A stretch of 64,000 bases of DNA, taken from contig JASVEC010000001.1 in the NCBI GenBank assembly GCA_030770535.1, positions 186,001 to 250,000 of the forward strand. Direction: 5' to 3'. Position numbers and translations under genes: made by a program. Positions within the stretch are counted from its first letter, which is position 1; each line of letters starts with the position of its first letter. Source of the stretch: Batkoa obscura (lineage: Eukaryota). The notes beneath the pieces were generated by a model that worked only from the letters and a program-made list of their open reading frames with translations, was not told where the DNA came from and did not search any database. Positions 1 through 12,841 of this stretch are shown one piece after another.

Positions 1-3000
1 TCTAACAATAGTTTAGTGTTAGGGCCAATGGGTTACCCAAATAAATTGATTAGGGACCAACTACATAAAGTAAATAATATTTGAAAGTTGTGGTACAAAA
101 AATTGTTTCATTCATTTATACCATAATATAGCAGTATTTTAAACTATACAATTGGACAAAAGAATTATTCTAGCTAAGCTTATAACAAATTAAACTAATA
201 TCTAAAGCACTTAACATCATACTAGTACCTAATTATTTACATATAATTTATCAAATAAAACAATTCACAGTATAAAATCACTATGGTTGTTAATTGTTGT
301 TTAAGTTCGGGATTATATAAACGATGATTCCGGGTATACATCAAGAGTTCGGAACATTTGCTTAAATGAATAATAATAAGTGTATCTGCTTTTTAATTGA
401 TTATTATAAATGATACTTATAAACTTATAGCCGAATTGAACTTTATAGCTTAATAATATAGGAAAGAAGCCGAATTTTATAAACTTTGAAGTAAAAATGT
501 ATATTTTTCTTATTTTATGAACAAAAATGAGAATACACTCTAAAAAAACCACTCCCTAATACAAAATACTAAGCAATTGTAAGCTACAGTTATAATTTTA
601 AAAAGTATTTTATTGTATAATGTGGAAAGTTTTCTATATATTAGTGTGTGTTTATTTAATTTAAGCATTAATTCATAACAGTGGATATCCCCACTTTTGA
701 AAGTAACAAATATTATTGAACTATACTAATATGGGTACTTCCGAGTTATCTATTAGTTCTATGTATGCTCAACAATCGAATTACTTCTTATAAAAGTGTG
801 CATTTATACCGCTTAATTTATTTAGATAAAATATCATGTATTTCATTAACACAATTTTTGATCTAAATAAATTTTACTACAGTATAAGTCATTAAAACTG
901 AAATTTTATGAATTAAGGACTTTGGTGGCTGAATAATTAAAATTTATATCATTTTTAAACTTTGGTAAAAAATATAATTTGTGTGCTAAAATAAAGTAAT
1001 ATTAAAGAATATCTTCAATACTGATAGAGCTTACTACTATAATCAACTTTTATGTTATTAGCAATCGGATTCAAATTCACATATAGAGCGAGATAAATGA
1101 AATTATAAAGATTCCATTACGCTTTTGTTATCCTTGTTTAGAGTTATTAATAAAGCTATTAAATAAACTATTTTGACTTATAAATTTTGAAAATTACCCT
1201 TTGGACATTAATCTTAATTAGGCTACGTACTTTTTTTATGAAACCGGCTATTTGAATAAGCTATTTATCTATTTGATTTTAATAATAAAACCCGTTGTGA
1301 CCATTTAGGTTGAATTGCCAAGAAGCTAAGTAAATATAGGGTATAAAATAAACATCAAAATTTTATATTACATATCTACTATAAAGTATAAATGATGACA
1401 TCAACTAAATAGTAGCCCTTTTGGTCATGTATCTTAAATTATACCACAATATCCCAAATGATCTTAAGAACTTTAATAAATATTATATTTCAAACATAAC
1501 ACTTATTATTGTATTTTACTCCAGTACCTAAGAATAATATAACTTTCATTGTATCACCTGGTCTAGATCCCATAGTCGTATATGTTTATTATATACCCAT
1601 TTACAAATATATTCATCGCAAATTTAGCATTTAAAAATATATTCTCAATTTTACACAAAATTGCTAGTTTTTTAAAGTTGGTAAGTTCACATATTTGCTA
1701 TTAAGGGATAGGTACAATCAAACAAACAAATAATTAATTATTAACAAACTTTGGATAATAATAATCAAATATTTTACTGAATGTGGTAGGGTAAAGTTAT
1801 TTTTGTTAGCTAATGAAATCATATCATAATCTGTAAGGTTATATAAGCTAATTGACTAATATTTAGCAAATAAATAAATAATAATAGCATATATTATTTA
1901 GTGCTCATCGGTATATTGCAAAAATGTATAGAGCTTATACCAGCTTAGTGACTCCATGCTTTTTTAGAATAAGAAAAATTAAAGTTGGCCGTAGGACCAT
2001 GTTTAAACTACTAATACCAATTTAGTGATTCGTAGATAGCATAGATACTTTAAAGATTTCTGACGTTGAGCAAAGTTAAAAAATCTTTGCTTTGAGGATA
2101 CATGAGGTTAAAGTGTGTGTAATTAGCTTAAATGAGACAAACCGGGGGGCTAAATTAAGATTATAGTTATGGAATATTGTAGGTTTTACAAAGCTTATAT
2201 TAGGAAATCTTTAAAATTTTAAAGGGATATAGATATAGTTAATAAGGTCAAAAAATACCGTAAGTATAATGCCTTGTTTAAATGCTAATATGCCATAATC
2301 AATAAAGAGCTAGCCTATGTTCGAATTTTTTATATTTAAATACAATAAAGTAAATAATTGATTTTTACAATTAATTTTTAATTATGTTGTTTTTGATCGA
2401 GACAATGCCAAATTTTAATGATTTGTATTTCGTAGCTTATTTTTTCAACATCTTAATTTAAAACAGCTAAAGTTTAAAATAAAATTTTGCGCTTAATTTC
2501 TTTTTCCATTTTAATATAACATAAAATTTAAAAAATAAACAAATAATTGTCTTTTTTTATTTAAAAAATTAGTAAAATTGTTTCCACTCAATGGCACTTA
2601 AAAATGGAGAAAATAATAAAACTCAAAGTGACATCCTCAAATATTAGAAAAAAAACACTCATACATAGCTTGTTTAAAATTGAATAAAAAAAAGGAATCA
2701 TTTTTATAACATTGTGATTAATTCATAACTTTGTTAAAAATCAAAACTGCAAAAATTTGAACTTTGTATTTGACTTAACCCACAGCAAATTATTAAAAAT
2801 TTTAGAATTGGACTGTGTTCAGTTGCCTGTCAGTTTCTCTAACCTACTGCTAATTTTTTAGATGCAAATTAATAATCATTAAGCAATATGATTTTAAATT
2901 TTGCATAAAGAAATTCAATAGCAAATTAAAATATACAAAAACATCTAAATGCAACCACTTTTATAATATTTAATATAATGATAAGTAATCTTTGAACACA

Positions 3001-3055
3001 ATGATAAATGATATGTAAATATAAAATTTAATTTATAGTAAGAGTAAATTATTTA

Positions 3056-4936
3056 TTAGATAACAAATTTCTTTTCCGAAAACAATAAGCGAGCATCATC
3101 TTTTTTAATTTCGGGTGTAATCAACTGTACTTTAACTGTCCAATTTCCAGAATAGTAAGAATTGGTATTGCTTAAGCTCAATTTGAATTGATCATTAAAC
3201 TGATTCAATTGTACACTATTCTTATACCATTTAACTATAAACTTTTCACCTTTAAACAACTCCGGATCTTTACGGAAAGGGCCAAAAGCTAATGGAGTCA
3301 AATTAATAATGATGTTTGAACTCACTTTACTAACAGTTAAATCATCAATGATATTCAATCTTTTAAGATACTGCAACCAAAGAGATTCTTTACATACCTT
3401 ACAAAATTTTGGTGAAGTCATATTTCTCATAACGCAATGTTCATTTGTTGGACGATATCTTTTAACATTGTGGTCATCCCAAGTAGGATATAAAGAATAA
3501 TTTTCACCTTCAAATTTATACTCTTGTTCCGTACCATACTCGTGTAAAGTAACAGAAGTTACCATTCTTAATGGTCCATTATCTGATATATCCTTTGTAC
3601 TTGTGATACTCAATGTATGTAATCCCTTGCTGAATCCGTTGGTACTATTAAAATGATTATAAAACACACGATCAATTGTATTAGCAGATTTCCAAGGGAT
3701 TGATATGTCATCAATTTTAATAGAAATACTATCCTCTTCAGCTGCCCCAGAGATACCGATTCTATAATACCAGCGATTAAACTTACCATCTGAAGTAAAG
3801 TTGGCTACAAAAGGCCCATTCTTCAAACTATACCATGGGTATAACAGTAATCGATTAATATTACGTTCTTCTCTTACAGTACTACTAGTTAGCCAATGTT
3901 TCCATTTAATATTATTGGAATTTTGGATCTCTTCACTATTGGCCCCATAATAAGCATATGAGTTATCATATTCGTCTCCAACTTCTGCAAAGGTATGACC
4001 CATTTCATGATTTAATACAACTGAACCACTACGTTTTGAGGAAGTTGATATAATAATATCTCCACCAACGCCGCCATAATACTCATCATTGGCAATAACT
4101 ACTTTATAATCACAGGCGAAATCACCAGTTAATTTACAATAAGAATTAACTTTATTAATACTATTGTTTGGATAATAAATAGCTCTTAACTCTTCACCTG
4201 GTCTGTACAATGAAAATGCCGTATTTTTCTTGATATTTGCTTTGGTTATACCAGAATCTTGCGATTCTACAAACACAGCCCATACATTGTAAACGGGAAA
4301 ATAAGAGTTAAAAGTTTCCCCTTCAAATAGTTTTTTGACTAAGTAATTGATGTCTGTAAAAAACTTTTCTTTTTCAGAGAGCTGGTAACCGTCACCCATA
4401 AATACAACATCAATACGATTCTTTGAGTCTCCACTGCTTAAAAGTTTTCTTACTTCAGTGACAGCTTTGTTCATTTTAGGGAGTAGATTTGGATTGTTAT
4501 CACCTATTATTTTATTACTATTATTGCCATTAATAGGGATGATTGGTAAACTGCCACATACTTTAGCTAATTCTTGATCAACGTTAGCTTCATGGATAGT
4601 TGTAATAGTAAATAAGTCATGATTTAAACTGGCAATCAATTCACTCCCCTTTTCAATATGGCCTAATTTTCCCTTTTTTACAATAGTTGGCGAACCTTTA
4701 TTGAGCCCATGATAACGTTGGACCAGTCCGTTGAATATTACTTCACAATGATCATCATATTTGACTACTTTTGATTCATAGAAGTTGGGTTCGGCCGCTA
4801 GGATACTTATAATATTAAAAATTTTAGTAGTTGGCATTCGAGTAAATAAAACTTAATACCTTTGACTCTCAACAAGTATGAGTTGAGTTAAGATTAATAA
4901 ATTCCAACTTATTAAAGAACTTAATGGCAATTTCAT
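3056..4936 (-). CDS. Secreted M64 (IgA-peptidase-like) metalloendopeptidase, 2 exons (intron 4806-4859)
   Basis: HEMGHxFxxxxDEY zinc motif plus IDVVFMGDGY and ANDEYYGGVGG M64 motifs. An upstream exon from ATG 4936 encodes a signal peptide (MKLPLSSLISWNLLILTQLILVESQ) and splices in frame through a 54-nt GT..AG intron. Confidence 0.9.
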
Positions 4937-5418
4937 TTTTTGATATACAAATGGATAGTTTATTAACTTTTATTTATATTATTTACATCTAAACTAAAGT
5001 AACATATTTTTATTATATCGATCGAAGGTAGTCTTATCACATTATCATAAAATCCATTAGTTTTAAGACGCTAGTTTAGCTAGCCGTTATATCAACTAGT
5101 TTTTAATTTACTTTTAACACTGGTTGAAAATTAGCAAATTAAATTCATTCTATAGCTATAATTACTGTAGAATTAATAACCATTGTTTTTAACAGTCAGT
5201 ACAATTTTAATAATGGGAACATGATATGTCTCATGAATGATGTAGCTAAAATCATTGTAGATTTTTTGTTCTTATGATTATTGTTATAATACTTAAATTT
5301 TCTAATTATTAGATGCTGTGTAAATGTTTTTTGCTTAAGTACTTGCCTATAATTTTTAAATTATGAATTGCATAAAAGTGAACAAATAAATGAAACCAAA
5401 AAAACATCCTTGTATTTA

Positions 5419-5596
5419 CCCTCTGAGTACCAAATTCTTAAAAATATCAGTCTAAAAGAACAACTTTGTTTTGCAAAAATAATTCAATTGGGTCAGAGGT
5501 TTTTGCACGACTGGGCTGTTTGACGATTGTCTTCGTCTAAACCATACTTTGACTTGAAATTTGGATGGTGAAAATATTCGGTTGGTACCCAAAGGA
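5419..5596. mobile_element. Possible piggyBac-type MITE
   Basis: Imperfect terminal inverted repeats (TIRs) CCCTCTGAGTACCAA ... TTGGTACCCAAAGGA, flanked by TTTA and TTAA; single copy in the window. Confidence 0.35.
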
Positions 5597-6278
5597 TTAA
5601 ATTTTCAATTTTTTAAAGTATTGAAATCCACATAATGTTTAGAAGCAAGTTTTTTTAACTAAATATTTACTATAGACTATACTAACATAAATTAAAGGCT
5701 TATACTCAATAAACCGTATGCATATAATTATTTTAATAGTGAAATAAATTTTCTAATTAGATTGAGACTTACTATTAATTCTAATCTTTAGGTTCTAGAA
5801 TGCTATTTCCGCTGCTAAATGCTATATGTCTATTAAATTAACTTCTATACTATTTTATATGAAATCTTTCAAAAAATCATTTTTTGACTAGTTTTTGATA
5901 ACCACTATACACTATAACAGCACAAACTTATTGTGTTTATATTTCTATTCAAGTTAAAGATATACTTAATGGATAAAATGACAAAAGGGAAAATATTAAA
6001 TTAAACTATTAAAAAGTGGAATTAAACTATAATAGGAACAAGACAATAGTCAAAATTCATAGCTGAACCTTAATTTGTTACTATTATCTTAAACTTTGGT
6101 TCATTTTAGTGAGTTTAATCACAATACAACGAGTAACAGAAAAAATAATGAAACTATTACAGTCATTTACTATCTAAGTTCAAGCTTTTCTCCTACCTTT
6201 ATATACAACAAATTAAATGTACTATAAAATAAACTTTGATTAGTGATATTATTTATTCGAGATGTAAAATATAAAAAA

Positions 6279-7262
6279 TTAAGATCTAAAAATCTTATAG
6301 CATAAATTTTGAAACATTTCTATCATAGCCAATTTAATCTGTTCGTGTAAAACAAGAACCATCAATGGATTCATAACACCTAAAAACATAAGTAAAGCAG
6401 CCGTAATGGCATCGGCCTCTACAGAACGTACCTTCCAGGCGCTTAATTCATAAATTTCATAAGCTATAGTAGGAAGCAAGCAAAGATAATAAAAGAATAA
6501 CATGACAGATATTTTTAGGTAAACTTTACGTTTAATCCTTTTAACTTCCACTTCGTTAATTTCTTGATGATATCCAATGGATTTATTCTCAGATCCTTGA
6601 GAATTCAATGTCGTTACCATCTTTTTAATTGCTTTTTTATGTGCTGTTGCAATATAAATATAACAATAAGTTACTACCACTAAGGTTAAAATTCGAAAGA
6701 TTAATGATACTATTTGAGCTGTCATAACTAAAGGTTCCTTATGAAGCGCATCCACAAGCATACATCTTCCAATTGGCATTTTGAAAAACTTGAGTTGAAC
6801 CCCAACTGAAATGCAAAATGCAAATACAATAGCCATTGGAATACCACCGACTAAAACCCAGAACAAGGTAGTTTTCATTTTTCCAGTTTTGGATGAAATA
6901 ATAGCATCATATCTAGAATAAGCTAATAGAGCTACCATCCAAATAGCAGAGAAAGTAAAGAAACCAGTGGATGCACCACGTATATGACAATCATATGGCC
7001 CATTACCAAAAATTCCCATAAAAAATCGAATGTTTCCATATAAAGTGGTTCCCGCATTAGCTGCATCTAATAAAGTTAAGGCTAATACCGCTATACCACT
7101 TACATTAAATAATAAGCTTCGACGGTATAGAATTATTCCAAGCACAAATAAATTTAATAGTATAGATAAGACACCTTCAGTAAATAAAACATAGGTTCGT
7201 ATTATTACCACTATCTGCGGGGGCTCAGAAGATGCTTGAGTTGAGAGAGTACTATTATTCAT
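6279..7262 (-). CDS. Rhodopsin-like (class A-type) 7TM GPCR
   Basis: Seven hydrophobic segments, N-terminal NNS/NST sequons, TM1 LLN, TM3-top Cys, SRY at the DRY position, ECL2 Cys, TM6 CLLP and TM7 NPLM. The likely start is ATG 7262; the ORF track uses an upstream TTG. Confidence 0.8.
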   Translation of the reverse strand: MNNSTLSTQASSEPPQIVVIIRTYVLFTEGVLSILLNLFVLGIILYRRSLLFNVSGIAVLALTLLDAANAGTTLYGNIRFFMGIFGNGPYDCHIRGASTGFFTFSAIWMVALLAYSRYDAIISSKTGKMKTTLFWVLVGGIPMAIVFAFCISVGVQLKFFKMPIGRCMLVDALHKEPLVMTAQIVSLIFRILTLVVVTYCYIYIATAHKKAIKKMVTTLNSQGSENKSIGYHQEINEVEVKRIKRKVYLKISVMLFFYYLCLLPTIAYEIYELSAWKVRSVEADAITAALLMFLGVMNPLMVLVLHEQIKLAMIEMFQNLCYKIFRS

Positions 7263-7577
7263 TAAATGGTAAGAAAGCAAAAAAACAAGAAATGAAAAAA
7301 GGATCAATTATATTCAATTTTAGATTATCCAATAAAGTGTAATTGTATTAAAGAATTCTTTTAATAATCAGGACTTTTTATTTTACTATACTACATCATT
7401 TAAAATAGATAAGCATTGACTATTTTTGTATTATTGTAAATTATAAAAAAAATTAGTAATGGATTTTGTACTCAGTAAATTAACCAACCAGTGCTAAATT
7501 TAGTTTAATGTTACCAAATTAGAACACAATTGCTATTGTTGTTAAAATCAAGAATTATGAACTTTAAACTATTGCAA

Positions 7578-7747
7578 CTGTTGAAGCTCTTTTGCGACCT
7601 ATTTAACAGAAAATTTGAGAAAAAATTTGAGAAAAAAATTCATGTTATATTCATGTAAAATATTTGAACCAAGCCTCAAAAAAATCGGTTGAAAACAATT
7701 TAATTTCAAAAATTATCGCTAAAAAAGTCACAAAGAGGCTGCAACAG
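7578..7747. mobile_element. Degenerate MITE-like inverted repeat element
   Basis: CTGTTGAAGCTCTTTTGCGAC at the left end matches the reverse complement of the right end (CTGTTGCAGCCTCTTTGTGAC). Confidence 0.4.
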
Positions 7748-8749
7748 CTATAAGCACAAGTTAAAATTTATTTCGAGCTTTACTATATTTGGACTTTTCA
7801 TTTACTTTACCTGTTTATCACCGCTTGTTTTATTTTTTATTTTAGCAAGGATAGCTTTTTCTTATTGTGCTACATAACTATCAGTCTAATAAGAATTTAT
7901 ATTTTAAAAGTGTACTTTGTTTCATTACTTTGTATATTCTACTATACCAAATAGCATCACATTTTCATTAAAAACAAATATTCAACTTTTGCTATTTGTA
8001 TCATCTCAAAATCACTATATAAAAAAAAGAGTTTTGGGGTAAGTAACGTGGATTTAAAAAATCTAAAAATAGCTTGTATAAAATAAAATAGTAACATAAG
8101 CTATTTTCAAAGTATAAAATTCGAACTTAATAGCTCACGGGACATGGCTTAAGAGCTTTAATTTTATATTAAGTACCCTTAAAAATTAACCATTGTTCCA
8201 GATAGCTGCTATGTCTCTAATTTGTATATTTAAACATTGTTGTCTATCATCAGTAAAATAGTAAAAAACAAGAAAGATGAAATTCATTTATTATTTTGTT
8301 TTTTTTATTGGTTAAAATAGAAATTCAAAATCCACTTTATTGAACAAAGTTTAATTAAATTTCATTTCATTTTTGTTCTTTTTTTAAAACACGATTTTAA
8401 AAGGTTGACTATTTGAAAAGGTAAATCTATATGGGATATAGGTTAAATTTGAGAATAGTATTAATTTGTTGGAATTGTTATATCAATAGAATGGTGACAT
8501 AACAGAATCTATTGGTAAATACAAATACAAATGTGTAAAAATGAAATAAAACAATTCTATAATTTATTTTACTATTAAAAAATTAATAATAATTATAACA
8601 AAAATAATAGTAACCAAAATAAAGTGCTTATATCTAGTAAATATATTTAAAAATTTAATAAAATATTACTTTTTAGACTATATTAACTAAACAATAGAAT
8701 TATAGTATCTTTAAATATATTTTTTTAATATCATTTAAAAACAATATAT

Positions 8750-8839
8750 GGGGGTGTATTTTTTTAAGAACTTTACTAGCAATTTTTCCACTCAAATAGC
8801 ACTTAAGAAACGGAAAAAGTGATGAAACCAAACACCCCC
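8750..8839. mobile_element. MITE-A (Sola-type, ~98 bp family) copy
   Basis: GGGGGTGT...ACACCCCC ends, ATAT TSD, family core CTCAAATAGCACTTAA. Confidence 0.85.
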
Positions 8840-9376
8840 ATATAAGGGTGTCCGAATTGGTTTCATTTTTTTATCCAATTTTTAAATATTTATATTTTAA
8901 AAACTTTGCTTAAAATTCTATAAAAGTAAATTCTTTATTAAAAGCCAAAAGTACCCGACACAGTTTTAAATTATTTTGTTATAATTTATATTGTTAATTA
9001 GCGGAATTTTTATTAAATTTAATATAAATTTCTGGATTAGCAAAGATTTTACTAATATAGCCTGTATAGTGATATTAGTCAAAGTTGTAATATGTAAATA
9101 AATATATACTTCTATATAACTTTATTAAGAAATATTTATTATTAACTGTTTTATAGTCAACATTGCAGATTTGCTATCAAATGAATAAATTATTTTAATG
9201 TTATAATTACATTATCAATATATCACTAAGTTAATAAATAGCTGCATAGGAAGGATTGGTTAACCCCAGAACTATAATTAACCATCCCTATGTGACACAA
9301 GCAGTATAATAATACTTTTTACTTATTATTACAACTACTTGCTCTTTGACTATTTATTAACTTAGCTATCAATAAT

Positions 9377-11075
9377 TTAAGTAATATCAACATTTAATAA
9401 TTGATTTCTATCATCTAATAAACTACTTACTTGCTTACTAAATATTGAAACTTTTAAATTTTCTGTTATTTTTGTAAGATAAGTTGGGGTTGACCTTTTA
9501 ATTTTTCTATCCTCTATAGACTCTATAACTTTAATTGAGATTATATCGCTTTTTTTTGATCTATCAGATACTGGATAACAGTGTAGTTTTTTACCACGTT
9601 TAATAAAATGTAAATACTTTTTAATACCTTTGATTTTTATTATTATTTTTGTATCTTTGTTTCTTTCATACTTTTTAAAAATTATATTTGTTTTCCCATT
9701 ATTGACAGTTGAGTTATTAACTCTATTATGTTCACAAATAAAAATCTCAAATTTTAAAATTAATTGATCAATATCTTCTATTTTACCTAATGCTTCAAAA
9801 CTATTTTTCCACTGTAAAAGATTTCCAAAATGTCCGTCAACTATACTTTTTCCATGATGCTCAGGAAAAAAATTAAGATCAATATCCAAACTACTATTTA
9901 TTTTATAAATTTCTTCAAATATATAATGTAAAACTCTTGAGATTTAAAATGATATCCTGTATCTGCCCATATATTAATTTTTGTAAACTTTTTAAATAAA
10001 GGCTCTTTAGATATTAAATCAATTAAACAATCTCCTATATATGCTGAATCATGATTTAATATTTCAGATAAATAATCAAAATAAATTTTGCTTATTGTTT
10101 TATCGTTTTTTAAATACAAAACGCCAAACCCTAATACTGATATAGCTTGTTTATTATAATGATCTAAGTTTATTGGATCTGGTCTTGTTCCTATTTCCAT
10201 ATTTTGTTTAAAGTCTAAAATTATTATACAACTTCTATTATTTAATTTTTCAATAGTTTCATTAAGTATGTTTTTTTGAGTATCAACACAAAATTCATAG
10301 TTTATATAACCTTTTTTCTTTATTAAAAGATTCCTGTATCTCTGCTTTATTTTCTGTCGCTGTATTTATTTTATTTTCAAATAACTTTTTTCTAACTGTA
10401 TACTGGGCACATATATTACATAAATCTGTTTTTCTTGCTGGATTTTTAAAATTATTTGGTATATATTTGAAAAATGTTAACCTAGCTACTGCTTTATCTT
10501 TTAAACCATTAAAGTACTTACTGTATATCATTCTTCTACTTTTATTTAATATATATATTCTCTGACGAATATTTATCATTATTTTTTTTACTAAATCTTG
10601 ATGAAATAGTTGAATTATTAAGTAAATATTGTACAATAATCTCGATTTGCTCATTTTTAATTTTTTTTGTATTTTTGATAGTAGGTCGTAACGTTGGTAT
10701 TTTATTATTATTAATTATTTTTGAATAATCATACTGATTTTTACTTATATTAAATCCAAAGCTTTTACATTCATCAAAAGAATATACTGAAGCTATAGTC
10801 GATAATAATGCTACTTGTTGGTTTTTATTTCCTGTTTCCCTTAAAACACTAATTTTATACATTGCTTGATTAAGTCTGTTATTATTAATAGTAAAAGTTA
10901 ATAACATTTTTTTTCTTTTTTTTGTTTTATTATAAAATTCCGTAAACTCTGAGCTATTGTGAATAGTTGTTAAAATTGATGTAAATGAATTACAATGTTT
11001 ATATAATGTGCTTCTCCCTATCGTATTAAATTTTTTAGAAATTCCATTTCGAAGTTTGGTTATAAAAGCTTGCAT
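9377..11075 (-). pseudogene. Frameshifted Sola2-like DDD transposase
   Basis: Four consecutive ORF pieces joined by frameshifts carry DLCNIC, IILDFKQN, WADTGYHFK and FFPEHHGKSIVDGHFG. These match the Sola2-type DFxxN / D-G-x3-[FY]K / HGK-x3-DG pattern. Confidence 0.8.
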
Positions 11076-11166
11076 TTTGTTTTTATTTTAATAAAAAATA
11101 AAATCAAATAATTATATAATCACATATTATATAGCTATTGAATATTTAATAAAAAATACAAAACAC

Positions 11167-11514
11167 TGTGAAATATCGTTTCATCAGCTCTGTGATTGAT
11201 TATCGCATAATAATCACTTAACTAGTTGGAGTATAAAATAGATTCTTCAACATAATAGCTCAAGGCTTTTTAATTGAATTGTTCCCTAATATTTTACTTT
11301 TAATAAAGCCACTAAGTCTTTCTGACAATATCTTATGTAGGTTTTACAGTAGTATCCTGTATTCTATTTATTTTACATAGCTCGTAGCTTATTGCGTATT
11401 ACTCCTATTGATTTAAGTCTATCTTAGCTACATAAACTAAGGCCTTTTGACTTACGGCCAGTTAACTAAGCTAGAACTGCCTCTAACTCCAATTACTGAG
11501 TACTAACTTTCACA
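11167..11514 (-). mobile_element. Solo-LTR-like element nested in the transposon
   Basis: TGTGAAA...TTTCACA termini; reverse-orientation homologue of 16643-17105 and 32058-32603. Confidence 0.7.
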
Positions 11515-11526
11515 AACATATAATCA

Positions 11527-11582
11527 AAAAAATAAAATAAAATAAAATAAAATAAAATAAAATAAATAAATAAATAAAATAA
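11527..11582. repeat. (AAAAT)n microsatellite
   Basis: Direct reading of tandem pentamers. Confidence 0.9.
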
Positions 11583-11812
11583 GTCTTTAAGTTAAATTTT
11601 TATATTTAGTTTTAAGCTTTTTAAATTTAGCTGATCATACATTAAAGACTTACAAATTTAAAAACTTAAAATTTGGATTAATTTCTAGTTGAATTCTGAA
11701 ACCAATTCGGACACCCCCATATATTGTTTTTAAATAATATTAAAAGTATGTATTTAATCAATTTATTAAGTTTCTTTAAAACTATATAACTATATTAACT
11801 ATTTATTATATC

Positions 11813-12841
11813 TTAATTATTGATTGGGGTTGGGAAAATATGAGAGGGATTAACTGGGACATGATGAAGTTTAACTGATCTAAAGCGAGGATCTCTGTAT
11901 TGGTTATTGTGGCGTTTGTCTTCGTGTTTTTTGTTATGCTTTACTTTTCTAAAGCTAACTGCATCATCGTCTGTACCCCATTCTGAGCTATCTTCAGTCT
12001 CTTCAGTTAAACCTACTGGAGTTTCTACATTAGAATTAATAGGTTTTTCAACAGAGCCCTCTTCAGGTTTTTCAACAGAGTCCTCTTCAGTTTTATTAGG
12101 AGTAGTTTCCGAATTTTGAGGTGGGGAAGATGGAGAAGATTGGGTATTACCATCTCTATAAGCTGAACCTTTTCCAAGACATTCTTCCGAGGTTACAAAG
12201 GTAAAACCTTTAGCTTTGATAGCATCAATAGCTTCTCCAATCTTAGCATCAGCGAAATTAGTATGATCATGTTGTAATGTAATGAAAGATTGAGAAGCGG
12301 GATTAGCAGATGCCATTGTATCAGTGTAAGTTCCCAAAATTAAGCTTGGGTTAGCTTTACGATCGTCTTTCCAGTCATTGGTATCCAAATTAACACCGAC
12401 TTGAACATAATCCATACCATTTAAAGTATCCGCAACAATCTGATTTTCTTCTAATCTTGGGTTTCTCATATATCTTACTTTCTTTCCAAATGCCTTTTCA
12501 AGAGCATCTTCCGTTTTTTGCATTTCTTCTTTAATACCATCAGCAGATAAGTCAGGCAAACCTGGATGACTCCAAGTGTGGGATGCGATTTGATGGCCTT
12601 CATCATAGGCACGTTTAACAATGGCTTCTTTGCCAGCAACATTACTTCCAATAAAGAAAAAGGTAGCTTTAACCCCCTTTTTACTTAATACATCAAGCAT
12701 TTGTGGGGTGTTATCATGTGGACCATCATCAAAAGTTAATGCAACAACACCTGGTTTGGTACATTCTTTGATCATTTGGGATGTAACAATTTGTAAATAA
12801 GAGTTGATAATAATGGCAGCAGACAATCCAAAAAATTTCAT
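11813..12841 (-). CDS. Secreted CE4 polysaccharide (chitin) deacetylase with a Ser/Glu/Pro-rich tail
   Basis: Signal peptide plus TFDDGP, HTWSH, DTNDW and LQHD NodB motifs; start ATG 12841. Confidence 0.92.
   Translation of the reverse strand: MKFFGLSAAIIINSYLQIVTSQMIKECTKPGVVALTFDDGPHDNTPQMLDVLSKKGVKATFFFIGSNVAGKEAIVKRAYDEGHQIASHTWSHPGLPDLSADGIKEEMQKTEDALEKAFGKKVRYMRNPRLEENQIVADTLNGMDYVQVGVNLDTNDWKDDRKANPSLILGTYTDTMASANPASQSFITLQHDHTNFADAKIGEAIDAIKAKGFTFVTSEECLGKGSAYRDGNTQSSPSSPPQNSETTPNKTEEDSVEKPEEGSVEKPINSNVETPVGLTEETEDSSEWGTDDDAVSFRKVKHNKKHEDKRHNNQYRDPRFRSVKLHHVPVNPSHIFPTPINN

Larger units (their letters stand above)
8844..11718 (-). mobile_element. Decayed Sola2-like DNA transposon (2.9 kb)
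   Basis: 22-bp TIRs (AA)GGGTGTCCGAATTGGTTTCA ... TGAAACCAATTCGGACACCCCC, ATAT TSD at 8840-8843 and 11719-11722, and internal transposase remnants. Confidence 0.85.

Noticed and set aside
313..552. 79-aa ORF and other short AT-rich ORFs (33854, 46672, 51137, 52977)
   Set aside because: Low-complexity I/F/K/Y-rich translations typical of chance ORFs in AT-rich DNA, with no motifs.
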